From Terracidiphilus sp. (GTDB taxonomy: Bacteria; Acidobacteriota; Terriglobia; Terriglobales; Acidobacteriaceae), in contig DASUAU010000018.1 of NCBI GenBank assembly GCA_035763705.1, forward strand, positions 15 to 64,014: a stretch of DNA of 64,000 nt, read 5' to 3'. Shown here one piece after another: positions 28,928 to 38,836 of the stretch. Numbering within the stretch: position 1 is the stretch's first letter; each line of letters starts with the position of its first letter. A model generated the notes under the pieces. It was not told the DNA's origin and did not search any database. It saw nothing but the letters and a program-made list of their open reading frames with translations. Position numbers and translations under genes: made by a program.

Positions 28928-30562
28928 ATGGCGACTCCAGCAACACAGATCGAACGCGGCGCCGTCCCCGGCGGGGCGGGCTTGGGCAACACGGCCTCGG
29001 CTGCATGGACTCGGGCGCGCGGCGCGTGGGGCGCGATGCCGGCGGTGCAGCGTGGCTGGTCAGTGGCCACGGGACTGATTCTGGCGGCGCTGGTGGGCGG
29101 CATCTTCTGGTACGCGCTGCGCACCGACTGGCGCACGCTTTACGCGGGCATGGAGCCGGATGACGCGCGGCAGACGGGGCTGACGCTTACCCAGGCGCAG
29201 ATTCCCTATGAGGTGGGCGCCAACGGCACGTCCATTCTCGTTCCCGCGCCGGAGCTCGACAAGGCCCGGCTGGCCACGGCGGCCAAGGGCACGCTCAAGA
29301 GCGGGCGCATGGGATTCGAGCTTTTTGACAAGCCCAACTGGGTGGGCTCGGAGTTTGACGAGCGCGTGAATTATCAGCGCGCCCTGGAAGGCGAGCTCGA
29401 GCGCACGGTGGAGACGCTGAACGATGTGGAGTCGGCGCGGGTGGACCTGGTGATGGCGCATGACTCGCTCTTCCGCGACGAGCAGCGCCCGGCCAAGGCA
29501 TCGGTTGTGTTGAAGCTGCGCCACGGCTCGCTGGCCGACGGCGAGGCCACGGCCATCCGCAATCTGGTTGCCTCGGCCGTCGACGGCCTTACGCCCGAGC
29601 ATGTGGTGCTGGTGGATGCCGAGGGGCATCTGCCGCTGGGCCCGAAGACCGCGGAAGCCAAAGAGCTCGCCGCCGAGCAGGCCTTGCAGGATAAGCTCAT
29701 CGCCACGCTCGAGCCGGTCACCGGGCCGGGCAACGTGCGCGCCTCGGTCACGCTCGAATACGATCCGCAGTCCGTGGACGAGACCAAGGAAGTCTACGAC
29801 CCCACTCAGACCGTCACGCTCTCCATGCAGCGTTCGCAGCAGACCTCCGGCCCGCAGCCCATTCCGGCCGGGGTGCCGGGAGCCGCTTCGAATGCGCCCA
29901 ACACGCAGGCCAAGCCGCCGGTCTATCCGCAGCAGACCGCGCCGCCAGAGAGCTCCACTTCGGAGTCGGACACCTACGGCGTCTCCAAGACAGTGAGCCA
30001 CACTGTGGCGGCGCCGGGCCAGTTGAAGCGGCTCACGGCGGCCGTCGTGGTGAATGACCGCATGGTGAAGCCGGCCGGCAAAAACACGCCCGCGCAGTGG
30101 CAGGCGCGCTCGCCCGAGGAGCTGCGCGAGCTGACCGCGCTGGCCCAGGCCGCGGTCGGCTTCAACGCCTCGCGCGGCGACGTGGTCACGGTGCAGAACC
30201 TTTCCTTTGAGGCCAACCAGCCGGCGCCGGCGGAGCCCATGCAGTCGCGCATGCTCACCCTGGCACAGCACATCTCGCCGGAGCTCATCAAGTACGTCGC
30301 CCTGCTGGTGGGCCTGCTGCTGGTCCTGTTCTTCGGCCTGCGTCCGGCCCTGCGCATGGCGCGCACCGCCGGCGCACAGGCTGCGGGTGCGCAGGGCCAG
30401 TTGCCGGGCTCGGCCGCGGCGCAGCTGGGCTCGGTCGAGCCGCCGGCGCAGGATCCGGAACGCTTGCGCGCCCAGGAAATCTTTGACCAGGTGGCGGGCC
30501 ACCTGAAGCGCGAGCCGACGCAGAGCTCGCGCCTGCTGCAGAGCTGGATTCATTCCGAGTAG
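28928..30562 (+). CDS. fliF: Flagellar MS-ring protein FliF
   Basis: GFELFDK, YQRALEGELERT, SARVDL, KASVVL, AVGFNASRGD; two TM. Confidence 0.95.
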   Translation: MATPATQIERGAVPGGAGLGNTASAAWTRARGAWGAMPAVQRGWSVATGLILAALVGGIFWYALRTDWRTLYAGMEPDDARQTGLTLTQAQIPYEVGANGTSILVPAPELDKARLATAAKGTLKSGRMGFELFDKPNWVGSEFDERVNYQRALEGELERTVETLNDVESARVDLVMAHDSLFRDEQRPAKASVVLKLRHGSLADGEATAIRNLVASAVDGLTPEHVVLVDAEGHLPLGPKTAEAKELAAEQALQDKLIATLEPVTGPGNVRASVTLEYDPQSVDETKEVYDPTQTVTLSMQRSQQTSGPQPIPAGVPGAASNAPNTQAKPPVYPQQTAPPESSTSESDTYGVSKTVSHTVAAPGQLKRLTAAVVVNDRMVKPAGKNTPAQWQARSPEELRELTALAQAAVGFNASRGDVVTVQNLSFEANQPAPAEPMQSRMLTLAQHISPELIKYVALLVGLLLVLFFGLRPALRMARTAGAQAAGAQGQLPGSAAAQLGSVEPPAQDPERLRAQEIFDQVAGHLKREPTQSSRLLQSWIHSE

Positions 30563-30640
30563 CGCAGACCGGGTGCATCGCCGAAGACGGCGCGCGCCAT
30601 CGATACGGCGGAAGACAGCGAAAGAAGGAGAGCGGAGACC

Positions 30641-31693
30641 TTGGCGGAGCAGGCAACAGAAAACGCGGCCCTGCAGCGCCGCTCGGCGGCGAGCATGAAC
30701 GGGCTGCGCAAGGCCGCGATTCTGCTGGTGGCGGTGGGCGAGGAACCGGCCAAGGAGATTCTGCGCGCGCTGCCCGAGTCTGACGTGCAGCGGCTCACCG
30801 AGGAGCTGGCCGAGCTGCGCGGCATCACGCCGGAGCTGACTGCGGCCGTGCTCGAGGAGTTCTGGGAGCTGCTGGAGACCCAGAATTTTATGGTTCACGG
30901 CGGCCTGGACTACGCACAGCGGCTGCTGGTGGAAACCTTCGGCAAGGAGCGCGCCGAGGATCTGATGCTGCTGGTGCGCCGCTCGCAGGAGGAGGCCCAG
31001 GGCAATCTGGCCAAGCTGCAGCGCACGGACCCGCAGCAGCTGGGCAAGCTGCTGGACGCCGAGCATCCGCAGACCATTGCGCTGGTTCTCGCGCACCTTG
31101 ATCCCAAGCGCGCCTCGGTGGTGCTCGACAACCTCAGCGAGGAGCGCAAGGTGGTTTCCATCCAGCGGCTGGCCGAGATGCGCCAGTTCTCGCCGGAGAT
31201 GGCGCAGAAGGTGGCGCACATTCTTCACCGGCGTCTGGAGAGCGTGGGCGACACGGCGCGCAAGAGCTACTCGGGCTTCAAGGCCGTGGCCGATCTGCTC
31301 AACCGGCTCAATGCCGAGGAGTCGAAGAAGATTCTCGAGTCGATTGAAGAGGGCGAGCCGGAGCTGGCCATCAACATCCGCAACCTGATGTTCACCTTTG
31401 AGGACCTGGTCACGGTGCCGCCGGCCACCATTCGCGAGATTGTCTCCGGCGTGGACAAGCGGCAGTTGGCCATGGCGCTGCGCGGAGCCAACGAGGAGTT
31501 GCGCGCGCAGATCTTCAAGTCCATGAGCTCCCGCGCCGTGGAGATGCTGAAGGAGGACATGGAGATTCTCGGGCCGGTGCGCTCGCGCGAGGTGGCGCAG
31601 GCGCAACAGGAGATTCTGAACCTTGCGCGGCGGCTTGAAGCCGAGGGCAAGGTGGTGCTGAAGCTTGAAACCGGCGACGAGATGCTGGCCTGA
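30641..31693 (+). CDS. fliG: Flagellar motor switch protein FliG
   Basis: KAAILL, GGLDYA, EHPQTIALVL, MFTFEDL, GPVR. Confidence 0.96.
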   Translation: MAEQATENAALQRRSAASMNGLRKAAILLVAVGEEPAKEILRALPESDVQRLTEELAELRGITPELTAAVLEEFWELLETQNFMVHGGLDYAQRLLVETFGKERAEDLMLLVRRSQEEAQGNLAKLQRTDPQQLGKLLDAEHPQTIALVLAHLDPKRASVVLDNLSEERKVVSIQRLAEMRQFSPEMAQKVAHILHRRLESVGDTARKSYSGFKAVADLLNRLNAEESKKILESIEEGEPELAINIRNLMFTFEDLVTVPPATIREIVSGVDKRQLAMALRGANEELRAQIFKSMSSRAVEMLKEDMEILGPVRSREVAQAQQEILNLARRLEAEGKVVLKLETGDEMLA

Positions 31694-31713
31694 GCCGAAG
31701 GAGGGAATGAGAG

Positions 31714-32472
31714 ATGCCGTCTGCAAGCGCCGTGAAAATCGAAGCCTTCGAGTATCCCTCCGGACCTGAGCCCCGCGCGCCCGACTGGGAGGGAATTCTG
31801 CCCCCGGACCCGGGCAACGGCCCGGCGCACGCCGGCGCGGCTGACCCCGCCAGGGACAAGCGCGCCGATGAGCAGGCAAGCGCGCGTGTGGTGCAGGTTT
31901 CAGAAGAAGAGACGCGGCAGATCTTTGAGGCCGGCCGCCAGCAGGGATTCGAGACGGGGCGCAGCCTTGAGCGCGAGGCGCACGCGGAAGCCAGGGGGAA
32001 ATATGCCGCGCAGGCCGTCGAATGGCTGAGCCGGTTTGACCAGGAGCGCCACCGCTACTTCAGCACGGTGGAGCATGAGGTGGTCGGGCTGGCCCTGGGC
32101 ATTGCGGCGCGCGTGCTGCGCCGCGAGGCGCAGATGGATCCGCTGCTGCTTACCGGCGCGGTCCGCGTCGCGCTGGGCCAGCTTTCCGCTACCACACAGG
32201 CGCGGCTGCGCGTGCCGGCGGCAGACTTCGCGCTGTGGACCGAGACCCTGGCGCATCTGCCCAATCTGGCGCTCAAGCCCACGCTGATTGCCGATGCCAG
32301 GATGCAGACCGGCGAGTGCGTGCTGGAAACCGAGCTTGGCTCGGTGGACCTGGGCATGCGCGCGCAGCTCACCGAGATTGAGCGCGGCTTCTTCGACAAG
32401 GCCGCCGCGCCCAGGCCCGCCGGGGATGCCGCATCGCTCCAGCAGGCCGAGGCCCGCGGAGGAGCTGCTTGA
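31714..32472 (+). CDS. fliH: Flagellar assembly protein FliH
   Basis: GxxxG repeats, GECVLETELGSVD C-terminus; between fliG and fliI. Confidence 0.88.
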   Translation: MPSASAVKIEAFEYPSGPEPRAPDWEGILPPDPGNGPAHAGAADPARDKRADEQASARVVQVSEEETRQIFEAGRQQGFETGRSLEREAHAEARGKYAAQAVEWLSRFDQERHRYFSTVEHEVVGLALGIAARVLRREAQMDPLLLTGAVRVALGQLSATTQARLRVPAADFALWTETLAHLPNLALKPTLIADARMQTGECVLETELGSVDLGMRAQLTEIERGFFDKAAAPRPAGDAASLQQAEARGGAA

Positions 32473-33782
32473 GCCCCCTGCTCGAGCGCTATGCCGCGCG
32501 GCTTGAACGCGGGCAGCCCTGGCGCTGGCGCGGCCAGGTGATTGAATCCGTCGGGCAGACCATCGAATCGAACGGGCCGCTGGCCTCGGTGGGCGAGTGC
32601 TGCGAGATTGCCGACCAGTCGGGCGAGGTGCACACCGCCGAGGTCATCGGCTTTCGCGGCTCCAATGTGCTCTCCATGCCCGTGGGCGGCACCGAGGGGA
32701 TTCGCTTTGGCGACGCGGTGACAGCCACCGGCGTCCATCCTGAAATTGAAGTGGGCCCGCAGTTGATGGGCCGCGTGCTGGACGCCGCCGGCCAGCCGAT
32801 TGACGGCGGCCGCCCCTTCAGCTCCGCGCAGGCCTTTCCCCTGGACGGCGCGGTGCGCTCGCCCTTTGACCGCGTGCCCATCCGCACCCCGCTCGGCACC
32901 GGGATTCGCGCGCTGGACGGCATGCTGACCGTGGGCCGCGGCCAGCGCGTGGGCATCTTCGGCGGCTCGGGCGTGGGCAAAAGCACGCTTATCGGCATGA
33001 TGACGCGTAACACCGAGGCCGACGTTACCGTGGTTGGCCTGGTGGGCGAACGCGGCCGCGAGGTGGGCGAGTTTCTTGAGGATTCGCTGGGCAAGGAGGG
33101 CCGCAAGCGTTCCGTCGTGCTGGTCTCCACCTCCGACCAGTCGCCGCTCTTGCGCATGCGCGCCGCTCTGGCCGCCACCACCATTGCCGAGTTCTTCGCC
33201 GCCGAGGGCCGCAACGTTCTGCTGGTGCTCGATTCGCTCACACGCTTTGCCATGGCCGCGCGCGAAATCGGTCTGGCCGCCGGTGAGCCGCCCACGGCCA
33301 AGGGCTACACGCCCTCGGTCTTCACGCGCCTGGCCCGGCTGGTCGAGCGCTCGGGGCAGTTCCGCACCGGCTCCATCACCGCCTTCTACACCGTGCTGAT
33401 GGAGGGCGACGACCAGAATGACCCGCTCGTGGATGCGGTGCGCTCGCTGCTGGACGGCCATGTGGTCCTCTCCCGCGCGCTTGCCGCCGAGGGCTGGTAT
33501 CCGCCCATCGCCATTCTCGATTCCATCAGCCGCCTGATGCCGGCCGTCACCGACCCCAAGCACCGCGAGCAGGCCGCTCTGCTGCGCCGGTTGATGGCCG
33601 CCTATGCGCGCTCGGAGGATCTGGTGCGTATTGGAGCGTACAAACCCGGCTCCGATCCGGATCTCGACCGCGCCCTGCGCGCGCGCAACGCACTGCGCGG
33701 CTATCTTGCGCAGGACGCCGTTGAGCGGGCCACGCTCCCCGAATCGCTGCGCAGACTGGGCACGCTGGCGGCAGAGGTCTAA
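32469..33782 (+). CDS. fliI: Flagellar export ATPase FliI
   Basis: GGSGVGKS, GERGREV, DSLTRFAMA.REIGL, GYTPSVF, LDGH. Confidence 0.96.
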   Translation: MSPLLERYAARLERGQPWRWRGQVIESVGQTIESNGPLASVGECCEIADQSGEVHTAEVIGFRGSNVLSMPVGGTEGIRFGDAVTATGVHPEIEVGPQLMGRVLDAAGQPIDGGRPFSSAQAFPLDGAVRSPFDRVPIRTPLGTGIRALDGMLTVGRGQRVGIFGGSGVGKSTLIGMMTRNTEADVTVVGLVGERGREVGEFLEDSLGKEGRKRSVVLVSTSDQSPLLRMRAALAATTIAEFFAAEGRNVLLVLDSLTRFAMAAREIGLAAGEPPTAKGYTPSVFTRLARLVERSGQFRTGSITAFYTVLMEGDDQNDPLVDAVRSLLDGHVVLSRALAAEGWYPPIAILDSISRLMPAVTDPKHREQAALLRRLMAAYARSEDLVRIGAYKPGSDPDLDRALRARNALRGYLAQDAVERATLPESLRRLGTLAAEV

Positions 33783-33785
33783 CGA

Positions 33786-34268
33786 ATGGCCGTCTCCCCG
33801 GCGATGCTGCGCCTGCTGCGCATTCGCGAGCTTGAGGAGGAGCAGTGCCGCACGGCGCTGGAGATGGCCCTGGCCGAGATGAACCGGCTCGAGCGGGCCC
33901 TCATGAGCGCCGGCGAGCAGGAGCGCGAAGGGCGAAGAATGGTCACGCGCAGCACCGTCACCGGAGAGGTGTGGGAACGCTTTGCCGGGCTGGCCGAATC
34001 CCGCACCGCTGAAAAGCACTCGCAATTGCTCGCCGGGCAGATTGAAGCCGCGGCCGGGGAGGTCTCCGCGCTGCGTGCGCAACTGCTGAAAAAGCGCGTG
34101 GAGCGCCGTCAGGCCGAGACGCTGGTCGAGGAGGCCCGCGCACAGCAGGCAATCGAGCACTCCCGGCGCGAGCAGCAATCGCTCGATGACTGGTTTCTCA
34201 ATCGCCGGGCCGCCAGGCCGGAGCCGGCCGGAACCGCTGAAACCGCCCTGCCGCCCGAATCCAAGTAA
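33786..34268 (+). CDS. fliJ: FliJ-like coiled-coil export chaperone
   Basis: Position after fliI; LLRIRELEEE...REQQSLDD coiled-coil pattern. Confidence 0.75.
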   Translation: MAVSPAMLRLLRIRELEEEQCRTALEMALAEMNRLERALMSAGEQEREGRRMVTRSTVTGEVWERFAGLAESRTAEKHSQLLAGQIEAAAGEVSALRAQLLKKRVERRQAETLVEEARAQQAIEHSRREQQSLDDWFLNRRAARPEPAGTAETALPPESK

Positions 34269-34385
34269 GGGGCCGCGGATTGCGCTTGAGAATCTCTGAC
34301 GGCGGCGAGCATTGCACGAAGTGCTCGGCGGAAATTCTCAAAACTTGAGCAATCCTGACAACTCTTTAACCTCGCCTGAACCGCT

Positions 34386-34402
34386 TTGGCACACAAGCTG
34401 CT
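34386..34402 (+). promoter_or_regulatory. Sigma54 -24/-12 promoter upstream of fliK-flgD-flgE
   Basis: TTGGCAC-ACAAG-CTGCT: GG 34388-34389, N10, GC 34400-34401; predicted +1 within about 2 nt of ATG 34415. Confidence 0.7.
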
Positions 34403-34414
34403 CTGATTCCGGGC

Positions 34415-36187
34415 ATGACAGCGCCAGCCATCCCGATTGCGAGCCCTCAGGCGGGAGTTTCCGCGAGCCGCGGCTCGGGCATCTCTGCGATGCCGGGGCG
34501 CGGGGCGCAGGCCAACGGCAGTTCCAGAGCAGAGGGCGCAGGCGACGGGCAGTGGCAGCAATCCCTGCGGCAGGCAGGAGTCCGGCAGCAGGATTCCTCT
34601 CAGGATTCTCCAATCTCCGCCGTAAACGGATCCGGCGCAGGCGACGCGCAGGCTTCAGACCCGGCCGGCGTCCAGGCCGCGCAGATCCAGCAGATCCATT
34701 CGCTCCATGCACGCGCGCAAGCGCTTGCCGCGCTCAATGCCGGCGTCGCAAAGCAGCTTGCGCAGGATGCATCCACTGCCGCGAAGGCGGAGACGGCCAC
34801 AGAAAAAGCCGCTGGTTTGTCCGGCAACGCAGCGCACGCAAAGACAAGCGGCAAAGCCGATGCGCACCAGAAAGGCGCCACATCAAACCCTGCGCAGAAC
34901 CTTCTCGCATCGCTCACCCTGCCCGCGGAGGTCACCGTGGCCGCGTTGCAGGCAAATTCCAAACCCGGCGCCGGCGCAACCGCCGCCGATGGAACTCTTA
35001 AGGACAGCCTTCTGCCGAGCGCGGATGCGGCGACGGCTCTTTTCGAAGGCAGCTTGCCCGGAAGTGAATCCGGAAGCACAGCCGGAAAACTTGCAGCCGC
35101 GGCAGAAAAGGGAATCGCGGGCAGTCCGGCTTCAAACGTTGCCGCGCATCTCGAAGGGCAGGCTCAGCAAGGCACGCTGCCCGCCGGCGTGGGAGACAAC
35201 CCGGCTTTGTCAGCCAGCGCTTCACAAGCCTCCGCAGATGCGGCTCTTGCTGCGGGTTCTGCTGCCAGCGCGCAGGCGGCTGCACAAAATGCCGCGCAGG
35301 CATCCTCAGGAAACGCGAACACGCTTGCACGCGGATTGCATGCCGTTGCGGCTGCCTCTCATCCTGCCGGCTCAGTCTCTGCGGATTCCAATGGGAAAAT
35401 TCAAAGCTCCTCCGGGGACTCTTCCTCCGCCGGCCACGCGCATGCGGCTTCCGGCCGGGATGCGGCCGCGACTCCGGCGCAGGGGAGCGGCGCGGGCATT
35501 TCGATGGCCGCCAATGGACAGGTTCAGGCAGTCTCCGCGGCGGGCCACGCGGCACTCAACGGGCAGGATGCGCGCGGCATCTCCGGCGTCCCGGCCAGCT
35601 CCGCTTCCGGCGCGCACAGCGGCGATCCTTTTTCTACGCTCGACTCCGGCTCCCTCACCAACTCCAGAATCGACTCTACCGGCGATTCCGCCACATGGAT
35701 GCACGCAGGAACGCACATGGCAGAGGCCGGCTTCCAGGACCCGTCACTGGGCTGGGTGGCCGTGCGCGCGCAGCTCTCGGGCGGCGTGGTGCAAGCCTCC
35801 ATTCTTCCCGCAACGGCCGATGCGGCGCAGGCGTTGGGCGGCCACATGGCCGGTCTGCACGCCTATCTTGCCGATCATCATGCGCTGGAAGGCGCGGTAA
35901 CCATGGCGCGGCCTGAGGCTTCCGCGGGCTGGTCCGGAGCAGGGCACAGTCAGGGACAGGGCAGCGGGCAGGGAAGCAGCTATGGAAGCAATCAGGGCGG
36001 TGACGCACCGTTCTACGGCGGCTCTTCCGGCGGCCAGAGCGGAGGCTCGTCGCGGCAGCCGGGCGGCGTGACGCTTGAGAGCGTCCGCGGAATCAGCCGT
36101 GCAACCGCCATGCCCGCCGCGGCCGCAGTGCGCACATCTTCGTCCATCGCAGCGCGGGGCGGTGGGCTCATCTCCGTAGTGGCCTGA
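34415..36187 (+). CDS. fliK: Flagellar hook-length control protein FliK-like
   Basis: Long Ala/Ser/Gly low-complexity N-region; C-terminal DPSLGWVAVRAQLSGGVVQASI (P-x-LG-x-V-x-V); between fliJ and flgD. Confidence 0.7.
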   Translation: MTAPAIPIASPQAGVSASRGSGISAMPGRGAQANGSSRAEGAGDGQWQQSLRQAGVRQQDSSQDSPISAVNGSGAGDAQASDPAGVQAAQIQQIHSLHARAQALAALNAGVAKQLAQDASTAAKAETATEKAAGLSGNAAHAKTSGKADAHQKGATSNPAQNLLASLTLPAEVTVAALQANSKPGAGATAADGTLKDSLLPSADAATALFEGSLPGSESGSTAGKLAAAAEKGIAGSPASNVAAHLEGQAQQGTLPAGVGDNPALSASASQASADAALAAGSAASAQAAAQNAAQASSGNANTLARGLHAVAAASHPAGSVSADSNGKIQSSSGDSSSAGHAHAASGRDAAATPAQGSGAGISMAANGQVQAVSAAGHAALNGQDARGISGVPASSASGAHSGDPFSTLDSGSLTNSRIDSTGDSATWMHAGTHMAEAGFQDPSLGWVAVRAQLSGGVVQASILPATADAAQALGGHMAGLHAYLADHHALEGAVTMARPEASAGWSGAGHSQGQGSGQGSSYGSNQGGDAPFYGGSSGGQSGGSSRQPGGVTLESVRGISRATAMPAAAAVRTSSSIAARGGGLISVVA

Positions 36188-36325
36188 GCGACAAGGCGGC
36201 ACGCGAAGCGTGCAGATGCAAAGCAAGACACGCAATGCAAAAGGAAAGACCAGGAGAAAACGGGGCAGGCAGCAGGCAGGGAAGAGGCGGCACAGGCAGA
36301 ACGAGCAGGAATCGGAGGAGGAAAA

Positions 36326-36817
36326 ATGGTCCAGTCAGCAGGAATTTTCGCCCATACGGCACAGGCCGCACAGGCGCTCAGCAGCGCGGCTCCCACGGCC
36401 AGCGACAGCAGCAGCAACGGCAGCAGTTCGAGCGACTCGGCAACGATCTCCGCCAACGACTTTCTCACGCTGCTGGTCACCGAGATGCAGAACCAGGACC
36501 CCACGCAGGCCACGGACCCGAATGAATACATCAATCAGCTGGTGAACGTGAACAGCCTGGAGCAGTTGATTTCCATCAACCAGAATCTCTCCACGGCGCT
36601 GGGAGTCACGCCGACCGGATCTTCAACCGGCTCGTCCCGAGGTTCGAATGCGCCTGCGGCCCAGAGCGCCTCTTCCTCTGCTCCGGCGGCAACCGGGGCG
36701 CATGCCCTGAATCTTTTGCACGGACTTTCGCAGACGGACGGCAACCTGAGCGTGCCCTCGGCCAGCCCGGCGGCGCTGCGCGTCGCCTCGGCCCTCAACG
36801 GCAGACCCGCTGCGTAG
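36326..36817 (+). CDS. flgD: Flagellar hook capping protein FlgD (short form)
   Basis: DFLTLLVTEMQNQDPT...DPNEYINQL...SLEQL. Confidence 0.92.
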   Translation: MVQSAGIFAHTAQAAQALSSAAPTASDSSSNGSSSSDSATISANDFLTLLVTEMQNQDPTQATDPNEYINQLVNVNSLEQLISINQNLSTALGVTPTGSSTGSSRGSNAPAAQSASSSAPAATGAHALNLLHGLSQTDGNLSVPSASPAALRVASALNGRPAA

Positions 36818-36915
36818 CATGCGGCCGGCGGCCGGCGGCTGCCTGCTGAACACATTTCAACCGCCTGCCCGCGGGCCGGCGCGAAACGACTCGAACAATC
36901 ACGAGGAGAGTTACG

Positions 36916-38196
36916 ATGGCTAGCTTTTTTATTCCGCTTACGGGGCTCAAGGCCGACTCAACCGCCCTGAACACGATTGCCAACAACCTGGCGAACATGA
37001 ACACCACTGCCTTCAAATCCCAGACGTCCGAGTTCTCCGACCTGTTCTACCAGCAGATTGGTCTGGCCGGCTCGGGCGATCCCATTCAGCAGGGGGCCGG
37101 CACCAGGGTCTCGACCATCGGTACGGATTACACGCAGGGCTCCATCAACTCCACCGGCACGGCCACCGATGTTGCGCTGGACGGCAACGGATTCTTTGTG
37201 GTGGGCAATGACAATGCGCTCGACCTGACGCGCGCCGGCAATTTCTCACTGGATGCGAACGGAAACCTCATCACCCAGGACGGGCTCAACGTGATGGGCT
37301 ACTCGGCCACCAATGGCGTGGTAAACACCAGCAGCCCGCTCACCAGCATCAGCATCCCCGTGGGTCAGGTGGAGTCGCCCAATGCAACCACCACCATGAA
37401 CATGACCGCGAATCTGGATGCTACGGCGACCGCCGGCACCAGCTTTCCCGGCCAGATTACGATTTACGATTCGCTGGGCGTGAGCCATATCGCCACGGTC
37501 ACCTACGCGCAGACCGGCACCAACACGTGGAGCTATTCTGTAGCGCTGCCTGCCTCTGATTTCGCCTCGGGAACCTCCACGCCGGTGACCGGCAGCATGA
37601 CGTTCGACTCGAGCGGCAATCTCACCTCGGTCACGCCGGCCGGAGCGGGCGGAGCGGAGACGGTGGGCACGGCGGCGGGCGATGTCTCTTCCATTCCCGT
37701 CAGCTTTACCGGCCTGGCCGACGGCGCAGCGGACCTGAACATGCAGTGGAACCTGCTGGGCACGGGCGGCACACCCACCATCAGCCAGGTTGCCGCGGCC
37801 TCGGCCGTCAGCGCCACTGAGCAGAATGGCTTTGCCAGCGGCCAATATCAGAGCTTCGCCATCAACGCTGACGGCACCATCTCCGCGACCTTCTCCAACG
37901 GGCAAAAGCTCACCGTCGGCCAGCTCGCGCTTGGCAACGTCACCAACCTCCAGGGCCTGCGCATGCTGGGCAACGGCGACTATCAAACCACGCTGGCCAG
38001 CGGTGAAGTCTCCATCGCCGCGCCGGGAACCGCCGGGCTGGGTAAGCTGGAGGGCGGAGCGCTGGAGCAGTCCAACGTGAACATCTCGGATGAATTCGCA
38101 AACCTCATCATCGCGCAGCGCGCCTTTGAGGCCAATTCAAAGGCCGTCACCACCTTTGACACGGTCACGCAGGATACGATCGACATGATTCACTAA
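36916..38196 (+). CDS. flgE: Flagellar hook protein FlgE
   Basis: ANNLANMNTTAFK, DVALDGNGFF, TRAGNF, IYDSLG, LEQSNVN...LIIAQRAFEAN. Confidence 0.96.
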   Translation: MASFFIPLTGLKADSTALNTIANNLANMNTTAFKSQTSEFSDLFYQQIGLAGSGDPIQQGAGTRVSTIGTDYTQGSINSTGTATDVALDGNGFFVVGNDNALDLTRAGNFSLDANGNLITQDGLNVMGYSATNGVVNTSSPLTSISIPVGQVESPNATTTMNMTANLDATATAGTSFPGQITIYDSLGVSHIATVTYAQTGTNTWSYSVALPASDFASGTSTPVTGSMTFDSSGNLTSVTPAGAGGAETVGTAAGDVSSIPVSFTGLADGAADLNMQWNLLGTGGTPTISQVAAASAVSATEQNGFASGQYQSFAINADGTISATFSNGQKLTVGQLALGNVTNLQGLRMLGNGDYQTTLASGEVSIAAPGTAGLGKLEGGALEQSNVNISDEFANLIIAQRAFEANSKAVTTFDTVTQDTIDMIH

Positions 38197-38212
38197 TCTC
38201 GACCTTTGACCC

Positions 38213-38251
38213 TAGGCCGGGGAGCGGCGCATCCAGCCTCTCCTCGGCCTA
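38213..38251. terminator. Hairpin between convergent flgE and thioesterase gene
   Basis: TAGGCCGGGGAG...CTCCTCGGCCTA stem; no clear U tract. Confidence 0.5.
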
Positions 38252-38265
38252 ACTCATCGCCGGCC

Positions 38266-38742
38266 TCACTTATTCCTGTTCCGCATCTTTTCCTCGAACG
38301 CCTCGCGCTGCTGGGCGGAAATCTCCACAAACAGGCCCTCGGCCTTTGCCAGCACGCGGCCTTCCGCATCGTGCACCGCAGCCTCGGCCCAGTGCTTGCG
38401 TCCCTCGGCGCGCACCACGCGCCCCTCCAGGCGAATCGCCGATCCGCTGCGCACGGGCCCGCGATAGTCCACTGCCATGTGCCGCGTCATCGCCACCACG
38501 CCGCGCGCGCGCACCGCCTTGCTCATGCTCTCGTCCAGCAGCGTGGCAATAATGCCGCCGTGCAGATAGCCCGGCGGCCCTTCATAGCTGTCGCTCACCG
38601 TGGTCGCACACACCACGCCGTCCTCCGGCGTCAGTTGGAACTCAAGGTGCAGTCCCGCCGCGTTGGCCTGCCCGCACCCAAAGCAACGATTCTGCGCCGC
38701 GTGCCGAAGGGGCCGAAGATTTTCACTCGACGCCTGGTTCAT
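38266..38742 (-). CDS. PaaI family (hotdog) thioesterase
   Basis: CFGCG..N..GL, EGPPGYLHGGIIATLLDE. Confidence 0.9.
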   Translation of the reverse strand: MNQASSENLRPLRHAAQNRCFGCGQANAAGLHLEFQLTPEDGVVCATTVSDSYEGPPGYLHGGIIATLLDESMSKAVRARGVVAMTRHMAVDYRGPVRSGSAIRLEGRVVRAEGRKHWAEAAVHDAEGRVLAKAEGLFVEISAQQREAFEEKMRNRNK

Positions 38743-38836
38743 CTTTCTTTTCCCTCTCCTCTTAGCCTACCCGTTGTCCCGGCCCGCCGGTCATGCCGGC
38801 TCATCCGCTCCCGGCGGCGTGCTTAGAATGGAGGAG

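Noticed and set aside
32469-33782. Injectisome T3SS ATPase
   Set aside because: Context (flgBC, fliEFGH, flgDE) is clearly flagellar.
29060-34178. 939-aa and 707-aa - strand ORFs over fliF-fliJ
   Set aside because: Shadow frames opposite well-supported flagellar genes.
36195-36215. Sigma54 promoter upstream of flgD (GGCACG)
   Set aside because: No GC at the required GG-N10-GC spacing.
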